Positions 19,904 to 29,490 of a DNA stretch of 39,062 bases are shown here, one piece after another. The stretch covers positions 1 to 39,062 of the forward strand of contig JBHLNT010000022.1 in assembly GCA_048941265.1 (NCBI GenBank). The letters run 5' to 3'. The notes under the pieces are model-generated. The model did no database searches. It was given only the letters and a program-made list of their open reading frames with translations, and had not been told where the DNA came from. Every line of letters begins with the position of its first letter. The stretch's first letter is position 1. Made by a program: the position numbers and the translations under genes. The DNA comes from Promethearchaeota archaeon. GTDB taxonomy: Archaea; Asgardarchaeota; Lokiarchaeia; Sigyniarchaeales; SOKP01.

Positions 19904-20668
19904 ATGGCTAAAAAGAAAAGAGAGACAGCTAGTGATTCTTTAGCTTCTGCATTAAAACAAAAGAAGAGGAAACAAAGATCTGGAAAATCAACGGAATCTG
20001 ATTTAGAGCCTCCAAAACAAACTCAAGAAACTCTTCAATCATTACTCCAAGGTGTTTCAGAGGGTAAAGGGTTTTATCGACGTGAATTGAAAAAAGAGCA
20101 GCTTATAGAGCCTCAATTATCATATGACTCAAAAACTAAGATTGCTGAAGACTATTTAATGGAAGAGATTCCAATTTCAGAGAGAGCTACAAAAGTAAAG
20201 GATAGAACTCCGCTTGTAGATGGTGAGGCATCTCAAACCAAGGAAGTGGTTAAATCAAAAGGTAAAATAAAAGAATCTGTTTCCAAATCAATAAGAGAAG
20301 ATATTTATGAGAAGTTAGGAATCTTTTTTACCGAGTACCTGAATGGCAGCAGTGAACGATATAATCGTTGGGAAAATAGTGTAGGTAATATTTTATCTAT
20401 TCTCAGAAAAATGAGAAAATTTACTAAGAAAAATACTGAAGATTTAATAGATTCAATAAATAATCAATTTAAAAAGATAGAACTCAATTTACAAGAATTC
20501 AAAGTAAAAAGAGATGAAATAGAGAGAATTGCTGGTGTTGATATTTTAACAATGTCAGGAGAATTTAAGAAAGTCTTAGGTTTGCTTGAATTACAGATCA
20601 AAGAATATCAACTTAAACGATTAACGGATGAGTTTATACATCAGCAAGAATTATATTCTCAGTTTTAG
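19904..20668 (+). CDS. hypothetical protein with a disordered basic N-terminus and a coiled-coil C-terminus
   Basis: Long ORF, co-oriented about 50 bp upstream of the actin-related gene. Confidence 0.7.
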   Translation: MAKKKRETASDSLASALKQKKRKQRSGKSTESDLEPPKQTQETLQSLLQGVSEGKGFYRRELKKEQLIEPQLSYDSKTKIAEDYLMEEIPISERATKVKDRTPLVDGEASQTKEVVKSKGKIKESVSKSIREDIYEKLGIFFTEYLNGSSERYNRWENSVGNILSILRKMRKFTKKNTEDLIDSINNQFKKIELNLQEFKVKRDEIERIAGVDILTMSGEFKKVLGLLELQIKEYQLKRLTDEFIHQQELYSQF

Positions 20669-20718
20669 TTTTCTAACTAAATTTTTTATTATTTTTTAAA
20701 AGGATATTTTAAACTATC

Positions 20719-21864
20719 ATGAGCAATGAAGAAAGACAATTAAGACCATTAATTTTAGATATAGGAAGTGATAGATTTAAACTAGGATGGGCTGGTGATG
20801 ATTCTCCGTGTATTATTGCTCCATCTGTCTATGCAGATGTAAGAGACTATATCTTTGATTCAAAAGTCATAGATGGGCTTGAGGAATTATTTTATGATGA
20901 GAATTCTGAGACTCAATTATTTGGAGAGATGGCTTTAAAATATCAGAATATCTTAAATATCCATGAATTTAAAAAAGAGAATAATTTCTCGGTTCTCTCA
21001 AAATATTTTCAGTTTTATTATAACAATTTAAATATCGCTCCTGAATATAAACATAAACAACCCATTATAGTAATCTCTCCATTTTTTATGACTGAATTAG
21101 AAAAATCTAAATTACAACAGTTATTTTTTAATGAATTAAATTTTCCATATATTTTGTATTTATCAGAAAGCCAAGCTATATTGCAAACCTTACAGAAAAC
21201 AACGGGGGTTATTGTTAATATGGGTGAATCTCATACTTATATTTCCTCCATTTTCCATGGATTCACTAATATTATGGCCAGAGATATTTTTCCGGTAACT
21301 GGTAAAGATTTAACCAATTACCTCATAAATTTGATAATAACTAAAAAAGGTTCCAGTATAAATCTTTATCTGGAAAAATGGCTTGCCAAAGAAATCAAAG
21401 AAAAAACAGCATTATGCGTCTTAAGACCGGAAGTAGAAATTGAAAGTATCAAACAAGGATTTACTAATTATGATCAAATGATTAATTTTCCTGATGGCTC
21501 AAATTTAGGAATTAATTTAGAAAGATTCATGCTTTCGGAACCGTTTTTTGATCCAAAATTAATACGTATAGATTATATAGGTTTACCCGAAGCAATTGCA
21601 AGAGTCATTCAATCATGGGACCGAGAAAATTGGGAAGAATTAATTCCAAATATCATCCTTTCTGGTGCGGGAAGTCTAATATCGGGATTAAAAGAAAGAT
21701 TAAAAATAGAAATAATGAAATATTTCTCGGAGAAAATTAGTCAAAAAGTAGGTATCATCGCAGCAAACGGAAGGGAAAATATGAGCTGGCTAGGAGCATC
21801 TATACTGCATTCAAAAAATGAATTACAAGAGGGTTGGATCCCAAATCCAGAATATAAAGGGTGA
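20719..21864 (+). CDS. divergent actin-related protein
   Basis: LILDIGSDRFKLGWAGDDSP (actin DNGSG..KAGFAGDDAP), TGVIVNMGE, GKDLTNYL, EIKEK, PDG....NLERF..SEPFFDP, IILSGAGS and SWLGASIL. Confidence 0.92.
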   Translation: MSNEERQLRPLILDIGSDRFKLGWAGDDSPCIIAPSVYADVRDYIFDSKVIDGLEELFYDENSETQLFGEMALKYQNILNIHEFKKENNFSVLSKYFQFYYNNLNIAPEYKHKQPIIVISPFFMTELEKSKLQQLFFNELNFPYILYLSESQAILQTLQKTTGVIVNMGESHTYISSIFHGFTNIMARDIFPVTGKDLTNYLINLIITKKGSSINLYLEKWLAKEIKEKTALCVLRPEVEIESIKQGFTNYDQMINFPDGSNLGINLERFMLSEPFFDPKLIRIDYIGLPEAIARVIQSWDRENWEELIPNIILSGAGSLISGLKERLKIEIMKYFSEKISQKVGIIAANGRENMSWLGASILHSKNELQEGWIPNPEYKG

Positions 21865-21890
21865 AAAAGAAAAAAGGGGTTAAATTTTAA

Positions 21891-24386
21891 ATGAGCGTCA
21901 GTTCTGAGATAAAAGATCAATTTTTAAAAAATTTTCAAAATCGGATCCTTCAGGGTAGAAAATTACTGCAAAATTCAAATCATAGATGGGGCGACAAGCT
22001 ATTTACCGATCTATTTTTTGAAATAGAAAAATTAGACTGGTTAACGAGTCATAAAAAACGGCAATTAATTATGATTATATGTAATTCATGGTGGATTTAT
22101 TTGAATTCATTAACCAGTCGAAAGGAAGGAGAAGTAGATCTCATCAGATATATTGATGCGTATAATCGATTCTTTTCTTTTTTAAATTCTCTTGATGAAT
22201 TTGATTTATTTACTAATTTTTGGACGACTCTTTTAAAAAAAATCATACAATCAAGTGAATTTTCTATAAATGGAATTACCAAATTTATTAATTCCTATTG
22301 TGAGAAAATTAAAAAGAGAGAAGATAAAATCTCATTAGTGGAGCTCCAATTATTATTAATGTATTTAAGAAAATCTGTATTACCATCAGATCTCTTTCGT
22401 GTAAGTTTAAAAAACTTAGGGGAAATTCTTTATAAACTTGAACCAAATAAAAAGAGCCTCTTTTTATATATTGTTATTGAAAGTATTAAACTAGATTTTT
22501 TAGAAGATTCTCCTGACTTCATTAATGAAATTAATCAGATATTAGTTAATCGTCTGCCTAATTATTTAAAAGAAGATTTTAGTAACTTAAGAAAAATTAC
22601 TATTAATGAAAGAAATTTCAATGAGATTATAATCGATTTGGAAGATTTAATCTATTATTTGAATAATATTGGAGAACATTCATGGATTATTATTATTATT
22701 AAAAATATATTTGCCAAAATTAGAGAATATCAGTCTTTAGAAGAAGCTTTAGTTTTTAGTAAAAAATACATTGATTTTTCAGTGCGTAGAAATCAATTTG
22801 AAATAGCCTATGCGATTTATGACTTTTTAGAAGATATCTTTATTTATCAAACAGATTTAGGTTATGATAGAAATTTAATAGAGCTATGGGTTAATGCCTG
22901 TAAAAAATTTGTAGATATGAAAGAAAAAAAGTATTTATACCAATCTCTGGAAAAATTGAGTAATCACCTTAAAATCCCTAAGACCCCGGAAGAAATTTAT
23001 CATTATTTCTATACATATGATTATCTTTGGCAGTTTAAAAGTAAATTTTTTGTGTTAGAAACAGGAGATTTTTGGAAAATGATGTTTTATCGCACACTTT
23101 TCGAAGAAAAGGATTTTGATCTCGCAAATAAAATGATTCCATTTTTGCCTGACGAAGTAAAGTCCAATCTCATGGATTTAAACTCACTATACAGCCTGAC
23201 GGAATCGTTAAAAACTCAAATCTATTCTATAACAGATGATTTTCAAGAATCATTGAATTTGAAAAGTGATTTTTCATTAAAACAAATGATTTTACGTATA
23301 AATGTGGATGGTGCTATTTCTTTTCGGATATTATTTGAAAATAATAAGCTAATGGAAGGGAAAATCACGAGCGAATATTGGAATGATTTACATATTATGG
23401 AAATCTATAGCGATCTATTTTCCGGAAATCAAGAAAAGCTTTATAATTTTAATTTAATCGAGTTTGGAAAATTATTATTTAATTTCCTACCAAAAATGAT
23501 AAGGATATTTTTCATAAAATTTCAATCCAAAGATATAGATTATGTTCCTCAGATTTATTTTATTTTAGACAACATGACAGTCCCGTTTGATTTAATTTAC
23601 CATAATAATTTCTTTATGTTACAATATTCCAGTGGATATAAGATTGGTGAACCTCAGTTAGGAGGTACTCAATACGAACAAGAAATGTCTAACGAAGACC
23701 CTATGAAAGGACTAAATAATTATAATATTTTAATAATTGAAGCAATAAATTCAAAAGATCCACTTCAATGGAATGCTGAATTACAAAAGAAAATGTTAAT
23801 TTTTCCATTTGTCTATGGAGGAGAAGAATTAAATCATATCACAAATTTCTTTAACACTCAACCTAAAGTTAATGAAATGACTATTTTAAGTGATATTGAA
23901 TCATCTCGAGAAAAAATCTTATCACATATTTCTCAAGGGGCATATCACATAATTCATTTTGTTGGAAATATCTTTTATTCTAAGTTAAGTCCAAAAGATA
24001 GTTATATTCTTACAAATGATAAAAAATTAATAACATTCAATGAAATTAAAAGAGCAATCGATAAAAATCAACACGCAACTAATATTCAACCTATTTTATT
24101 TTTTAACGCTCAGATTTTTGATATAAATGGTAAGAGATTAAAAAATATTTTAAAAATTTTTGGCGAAATAGTTAGTCAATTCAATTACGACAGAATTACA
24201 GGAATAGCTTCCCGAATTTATCCCCTTTTTAATGAAGACTCAAGAGGAATCATATCTAATTTTTATAATAACCTGTTTAACAATAAAAGTCAAGGAGAGG
24301 CATTCCTAAATTCAAGAAAACAATGTAAGAGTGGTTTGGCTATTAGTTCTTTCATACTTTTTGGAAAACCTTGGAAAGTCTTATAA
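21891..24386 (+). CDS. helical-repeat protein with a C-terminal degenerate CHAT (caspase-like) domain
   Basis: G..LF..L, VPFDLI, YHIIHFVGN, LFFNAQ, FYNNL....GEAF..SR and FILFGKP follow the order of CHAT motifs. Confidence 0.75.
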   Translation: MSVSSEIKDQFLKNFQNRILQGRKLLQNSNHRWGDKLFTDLFFEIEKLDWLTSHKKRQLIMIICNSWWIYLNSLTSRKEGEVDLIRYIDAYNRFFSFLNSLDEFDLFTNFWTTLLKKIIQSSEFSINGITKFINSYCEKIKKREDKISLVELQLLLMYLRKSVLPSDLFRVSLKNLGEILYKLEPNKKSLFLYIVIESIKLDFLEDSPDFINEINQILVNRLPNYLKEDFSNLRKITINERNFNEIIIDLEDLIYYLNNIGEHSWIIIIIKNIFAKIREYQSLEEALVFSKKYIDFSVRRNQFEIAYAIYDFLEDIFIYQTDLGYDRNLIELWVNACKKFVDMKEKKYLYQSLEKLSNHLKIPKTPEEIYHYFYTYDYLWQFKSKFFVLETGDFWKMMFYRTLFEEKDFDLANKMIPFLPDEVKSNLMDLNSLYSLTESLKTQIYSITDDFQESLNLKSDFSLKQMILRINVDGAISFRILFENNKLMEGKITSEYWNDLHIMEIYSDLFSGNQEKLYNFNLIEFGKLLFNFLPKMIRIFFIKFQSKDIDYVPQIYFILDNMTVPFDLIYHNNFFMLQYSSGYKIGEPQLGGTQYEQEMSNEDPMKGLNNYNILIIEAINSKDPLQWNAELQKKMLIFPFVYGGEELNHITNFFNTQPKVNEMTILSDIESSREKILSHISQGAYHIIHFVGNIFYSKLSPKDSYILTNDKKLITFNEIKRAIDKNQHATNIQPILFFNAQIFDINGKRLKNILKIFGEIVSQFNYDRITGIASRIYPLFNEDSRGIISNFYNNLFNNKSQGEAFLNSRKQCKSGLAISSFILFGKPWKVL

Positions 24387-24481
24387 CTCCTAGATTACTT
24401 ATTTAAGAAAAATTAAAAAAATAAGAAAAACTTAAACATAAAATGGAAATAAAAAAGAGTTGATGTAACATCTCTGATCGC

Positions 24482-25003
24482 TTGAATGAATTGAGAATGG
24501 AAAATATCCGTTTAAAAAGTCAGATTGAAGAATTTGAGCAAAAACTCTTAGCTTTAGTAGGAAATATTGAATTAGAATCATCAGGAGAGGGAGACAATAA
24601 AGAATATCTAAATAATTCCATAATTGAATTTATTAATGCCACGACCGATCAACTAAATATTGTTACCCCTAAAATTGACAAGTTTTATACGGATGAATTA
24701 AAAAAAATTGCTCAAAAAGGTATACCCATTTTAATGATTACCACCGATAGACGCTTAATGGCTAAACCCTATCAAAAAATATATGATGAGCTCACTACCA
24801 CTCCCGGAATCAGTGTAATTAATAATCCAAATGTAAAATATTTGCTGGTATTTAATACAGATAGTGCAATATACTCAGGAGGAGCCTTAGATAGACAAGA
24901 CCTAACTGATTCGGTATTGATTGTCACGATTATAAAAGAGAAACAAAAATTAAGAAAAATCGCGGAAATTTTTAGCGCTATGCTTCCCTCATTTATGAGA
25001 TGA
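24482..25003 (+). CDS. coiled coil plus TrmB/PLD-like fold protein (no HKD motif); start may be ATC 24470
   Basis: IIEFINATTDQLNIVTPKI..ELKKIAQKGIPILMIT..KYLLVFN...AIYSGG resembles a PLD-like/TrmB effector domain. Confidence 0.6.
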   Translation: MNELRMENIRLKSQIEEFEQKLLALVGNIELESSGEGDNKEYLNNSIIEFINATTDQLNIVTPKIDKFYTDELKKIAQKGIPILMITTDRRLMAKPYQKIYDELTTTPGISVINNPNVKYLLVFNTDSAIYSGGALDRQDLTDSVLIVTIIKEKQKLRKIAEIFSAMLPSFMR

Positions 25004-25083
25004 AACAATCTTCTTTTTATTTAACAATATTATTAATGTCATAGTGCTAAATTTTTTTAGTTTAAATGAAGTTTTAATAAATA

Positions 25084-27285
25084 ATGGTCAAAAGGATAAT
25101 AAATAGCATTGATATCGTTAAAAATTTTGGATTAAAGTCGAAGTTTTTTAATGAATCAATAAAATACCTTAAACAAAAAGCTTTAACTGCCCAAAAAAAT
25201 AGATTCGAAGAGAATTTTAAAAATTGGAAAAAAAAATACCAAAAGATTTATGGAGAGTCACCATTAAACACTAATCTCTTCATAAAACAGACATATTTTA
25301 TATTATTATTGAAATCTTTAATTATTATCAAAATATCCAAAATCAAAACTCTTGAATTGAAAGATGCCTTCAGTTTCTGGAAATCTAATAGTTTAGAAGG
25401 GCAGTTTTTGGATGAATTCGAGAACTTTTGTTGGATTGATGTCAGTATTGAACAAATTAATAACATTAATTATCTTTTAGAATTATCAGAGTTAGCTTTA
25501 CAAGATTTATTTTTTGATATTTATCAAGAGATTTTTTTTACAAAAACTAGACATAAATTAGGAGAATTTTACACCCCTTCTCTTCTTGTTCATAAGATGG
25601 TTGACAATCTTTATAATTTTGGACAAAAAATTTTAGATCCTAGCTGTGGTTCAGGAAATTTCTTAATTATTATCATATTAAAAATATTAAAAACGGATTC
25701 TTCAAATAAACTAAAACTTAAAGCAATTAATAATGTATTTGGATTTGATATAAACCCTTTAGCCGTACTGACTACAAAAGTTAATATCTTTTTAATTTTT
25801 TTAAAATATTTTGATTTAGGAAAAGACATATTACCTCCTATTAATGTATTTGGAATAAATTCCTTTTTCCCCGAAAAAGATGAGATTAATAATGATTTTA
25901 AAATTAATACATTATATCATTCATTTGATTCAATAATTGGAAATCCGCCTTGGCTTACTTATAAAGATCTCAGTACAAAAGATGATCAGATAAAAGTTCG
26001 GCATTTAGCGCAAGATTTAGGAATTAAACCATCAAGCCAGTATATCACTCATATTGAATTAGCTAGTATTTTTTTTTATTTAATACCTCTAAAATTTTTA
26101 AAGCTCAATGGAAAAATCTTTTTCGTAATTACAAAAAGCGTTTTAAATGGAGACCATTGTTATAAATTTCGAGCTTTTTCGATTTTCAATAATATCGAAA
26201 TTTGGGATTTCCCTTCAAATTATTTTTTTAATATACAATACATTTGTCTAAAAGCAGAATTTATAGGGAACGAAAGTAAAATCTCAATTAAAGATAAGTA
26301 TCCAATTAAGACTAAAGTGTTTGATGAAAATGTAATATTACAGGAAGAAACTTTATATTCAAGTTTAAAGATTGAGGATGAAGGGGCAAAAATAATTTTA
26401 CCCCTCCAACAATTAGAAATATTAAACACAATATCAACAAGTCCATATAAAAAGGCATTTTTTCAAGGAGCAACATTAGTCCCAAGAACTTTAGTATTTT
26501 TTAAAGTAGAGGAGAAAAAGAACAGTCAATTAATAATATCAACTGATCCGGATATAATATCTCGGGCAAAGAAGGAATGGAATTATAAATTTCAAAATAA
26601 ACAGATTGAATCACATTTCTGGTATAAAACATTTTTAAATATGGATTTAATTCCCTTTTATTTAACAAAACTAAGAAATGTGTTTTTACCGGTGAATGAA
26701 CATCTTGAATTTGATCTTAATTATTTAAAGAAATATCCTCTTGCGAAGAATTTCTATAATGAAATGAATAAAATTTATCAAGAAAATAAGAAGACTACAA
26801 GTGATATTAGCACGTTATTCTCCAATTTAAACTATTGGAATAAATTAACCAAACAATCTGGTAGTAAATCATTTATCGTCTTGTATAACGCAAGCGGCTC
26901 AAATTTGAAAGCCGCTGTAATTCAAAATCCTAAAAAAAAAATTATCGTAGGTTCTGAAAATTATTATTTTTCCACAGAATCAATGGAAGAAGCATATTAT
27001 TTATCTGCTATTTTGAACTCTCCAGCTTTATCTAGAAACATCAAATTAATTAAAAGTTCTCGTCATATTCATAAAAGACCATTCTCATTTCCAATACCTT
27101 TTTATGATGAAACTAATGATTTACATAATTTCTTAATGAAAAAAGCAATAGAATGCGAGACAATCATTCAAAATTTATATCTGAAAAATCCAGATCTCAG
27201 CAATGAAAAAATAAAAATCGCAATTAAGCTAGAACTTAATTCTATAGACCGCAAAGTGGAGCAAATTTTTTTAAAAAAAAATTAA
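25084..27285 (+). CDS. N6-adenine DNA methyltransferase (gamma class, type IIG/Eco57I-like architecture)
   Basis: LGEFYTP, ILDPSCGSGNFL, FGFDINP and IIGNPPW, followed by a TRD-like C-terminus (YYLSAILNS). Confidence 0.88.
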   Translation: MVKRIINSIDIVKNFGLKSKFFNESIKYLKQKALTAQKNRFEENFKNWKKKYQKIYGESPLNTNLFIKQTYFILLLKSLIIIKISKIKTLELKDAFSFWKSNSLEGQFLDEFENFCWIDVSIEQINNINYLLELSELALQDLFFDIYQEIFFTKTRHKLGEFYTPSLLVHKMVDNLYNFGQKILDPSCGSGNFLIIIILKILKTDSSNKLKLKAINNVFGFDINPLAVLTTKVNIFLIFLKYFDLGKDILPPINVFGINSFFPEKDEINNDFKINTLYHSFDSIIGNPPWLTYKDLSTKDDQIKVRHLAQDLGIKPSSQYITHIELASIFFYLIPLKFLKLNGKIFFVITKSVLNGDHCYKFRAFSIFNNIEIWDFPSNYFFNIQYICLKAEFIGNESKISIKDKYPIKTKVFDENVILQEETLYSSLKIEDEGAKIILPLQQLEILNTISTSPYKKAFFQGATLVPRTLVFFKVEEKKNSQLIISTDPDIISRAKKEWNYKFQNKQIESHFWYKTFLNMDLIPFYLTKLRNVFLPVNEHLEFDLNYLKKYPLAKNFYNEMNKIYQENKKTTSDISTLFSNLNYWNKLTKQSGSKSFIVLYNASGSNLKAAVIQNPKKKIIVGSENYYFSTESMEEAYYLSAILNSPALSRNIKLIKSSRHIHKRPFSFPIPFYDETNDLHNFLMKKAIECETIIQNLYLKNPDLSNEKIKIAIKLELNSIDRKVEQIFLKKN

Positions 27286-27407
27286 TCGAAAAGAAAAAGC
27301 ATAGATTTTTCTTTTAAGATAAGTTTTTATAAGTTAAGTTTTTTTAAATTACTATTAAAATAATTAAATTGTGTTTAAAATAATTTTTTGATAGAGGTTC
27401 TGAAAAT

Positions 27408-28025
27408 ATGCCATCACGACGAGGAGATGGAACACTAGTATTCAAGATTTGTTTCTATGGTCCTTCTCTCGGAGGTAAAACAACTGCGCTCGAATGGGTA
27501 TATCATCGTGAGGGGCTTGCTAGTGGCGATATGCAGCAAATCCAAGACCCTACTGGGAGAACATTATTTTTTGACCGTGTAGTGGCCCGTGTTTCGAATG
27601 TAGTTTTCCAAGTTTACACAGTTGCAGGGCAAAGGAGACATAAATTCCAACGACAAACAGTATTAAAGGGGACGGATGCTGTTATCTTCACCTGGGACTC
27701 ACTAATCGACCAATGGGGTGAAAATATTTGGTCTCTTAAAGAGCTGCTGAAATTTTATGGTAATAAATTGATCCCTCCTAGTCCAGATGATCCTACTCCA
27801 GAAGTTCCTTTAGTTGTTCTTGCCAATAAGCGAGATTTGGATGATATCGTAGAGATTTCAAAAATCCGTCAAGTGTTAGATACCGCAAAATTAAATCACA
27901 CTTTAATTTATGAGACGATAGCCATAACAGGCATCAATGTAAAACGTGCATTCGTATATGCCGCACGCCAAGCAGTTTTAAATCATTACAAAAAGCTTTC
28001 CGGTAAAACTATGGAAACTGCTTAA
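27408..28025 (+). CDS. small GTPase, MglA-like (Ras superfamily)
   Basis: G1 GPSLGGKTT, switch I RTLFFD, G3 TVAGQ, LKGTDAVIF, G4 NKRD and G5 TIA..G.NV. Confidence 0.92.
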   Translation: MPSRRGDGTLVFKICFYGPSLGGKTTALEWVYHREGLASGDMQQIQDPTGRTLFFDRVVARVSNVVFQVYTVAGQRRHKFQRQTVLKGTDAVIFTWDSLIDQWGENIWSLKELLKFYGNKLIPPSPDDPTPEVPLVVLANKRDLDDIVEISKIRQVLDTAKLNHTLIYETIAITGINVKRAFVYAARQAVLNHYKKLSGKTMETA

Positions 28026-28194
28026 AATTTAAAACCTATTTCTTTCTAATTCTTATCCCCTTTTTATACGAATTTCTGTAGTTTTAAAGTTTTCTAAGCC
28101 TAGTATAATTTAAATAATTAAGAAGCTTATTTTTTCTTAGTCATATCAAATACAATTTACATATTTGTGGAAAAAGGAAAAGAGAAGGTAAATC

Positions 28195-28653
28195 ATGTAT
28201 TCTAATATTGAGAAGATAACTCCTAAATATGAGCAAAGAATTCGTGAATTATTGGAACAAATCAGAGAATTTAAAACCCAGATATCTCAATACAAGACTC
28301 TACTGGAAGATAAAGATTACCATATTACCCTTTTATATAATGAGAATTTAGAACTGAAAGCTCAACTTCAAAACTTGCAAAAACCAGCGATTCCAGGCAC
28401 AGCTTATACCCCACAATCCCATCAAACAAGTCCGACTCAAATTGCTCAAATTACTCCACCTCCTAAAATGTCACCTCCTAAAATGTCACCTCCGAAACAA
28501 ATAGAAAGCACTATGAAGCGACAATGCCCTAATTGTGGCGCATCTGGATTTGCGATTAGAGAAATTGAAGATAAAACACAAATTATTAGTTATGTTCCAA
28601 GGCGAATATATGCGAAAAAGAAACTTTGCACCAAATGTAGCTATGAGTTCTAA
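28195..28653 (+). CDS. coiled coil / Pro-rich linker / zinc-ribbon protein
   Basis: N-terminal heptads, PPKMS repeats, CPNCG...CTKCSYEF. Confidence 0.8.
   Translation: MYSNIEKITPKYEQRIRELLEQIREFKTQISQYKTLLEDKDYHITLLYNENLELKAQLQNLQKPAIPGTAYTPQSHQTSPTQIAQITPPPKMSPPKMSPPKQIESTMKRQCPNCGASGFAIREIEDKTQIISYVPRRIYAKKKLCTKCSYEF
28457..28497 (+). repeat. 15-bp coding tandem repeat (PPKMS, about 2.7 copies)
   Basis: CACCTCCTAAAATGT twice, then CACCTCCGAAA. Confidence 0.85.
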
Positions 28654-28869
28654 CTCTCATATTGAAATTAAAATTGCGTGAACTTTAGATAATAACCTAT
28701 TTACTGCTCAAATCTTTATTTGAAGATTTTTTTTTCTTAATTAGAAATATTACCGCAAAACTAGATGCGATAATAATGAAAACTGAACTCAAAAATGGAA
28801 TAAGGTTTTCGTCTCTCTTTTTGTATTCTAAAAATTAACTTGAATTTTTTAAGAAACAGTCAAGAATCG

Positions 28870-29415
28870 CTATAAATAAACAATTTCGGGTTCGACCTTA
28901 TCTTTAGAGACTCTTAAATATCCATAAGAATTTATATCTGTGAAAGTTCTGTCAGTCGGGGTACCAGGATTAAGATATAGTTTGCCATCTCTCCACACTT
29001 CATTATATGGTCTGTGGACATGCCCAAAAATTATGATCTCATAAGGAGTTAAATCAAATTGTCTATTTAATCTTTTAATTACAATATTAGGGCCTCCCAT
29101 GCCATGCGTCATAAATATTTTATGACCATATAGCTCAAGTTCGATGGTTTCCGGTAATAGTGTTTTTAATTTGCGGTCAAAATCCATATTTCCTATTACT
29201 CCTATAACGTTTTCTTTACCAAAAACGTTAGTAAGCTCTTCGTAGGCTTTAAATTTTTCAAAATCACCTAAATGGAAAAGATAATCAATATTTTTATCTT
29301 TAAAATCTTCAATTATCAGTTCCGGGATATGAGGTGCTCGAGATGGCACATGCGTGTCAGAAATAAGACCAATTAATAGTTCATCTTTATCAGTACGAAG
29401 CATATTAATAAACAC
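28870..29415 (-). CDS. YfcE/MJ0936/Vps29-family metallophosphoesterase
   Basis: SDTH, HLGD, GNMD, THG, FGHVH and NPG motifs. Start may be ATG 29403. Confidence 0.9.
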   Translation of the reverse strand: MFINMLRTDKDELLIGLISDTHVPSRAPHIPELIIEDFKDKNIDYLFHLGDFEKFKAYEELTNVFGKENVIGVIGNMDFDRKLKTLLPETIELELYGHKIFMTHGMGGPNIVIKRLNRQFDLTPYEIIIFGHVHRPYNEVWRDGKLYLNPGTPTDRTFTDINSYGYLRVSKDKVEPEIVYL

Positions 29416-29490
29416 GTTTTTTAAAATTAAAATGCTTCGATTATTAGATTAAGAAAAGTCTCATTTACTGATTTTGTCTCCTAAAGTTGG

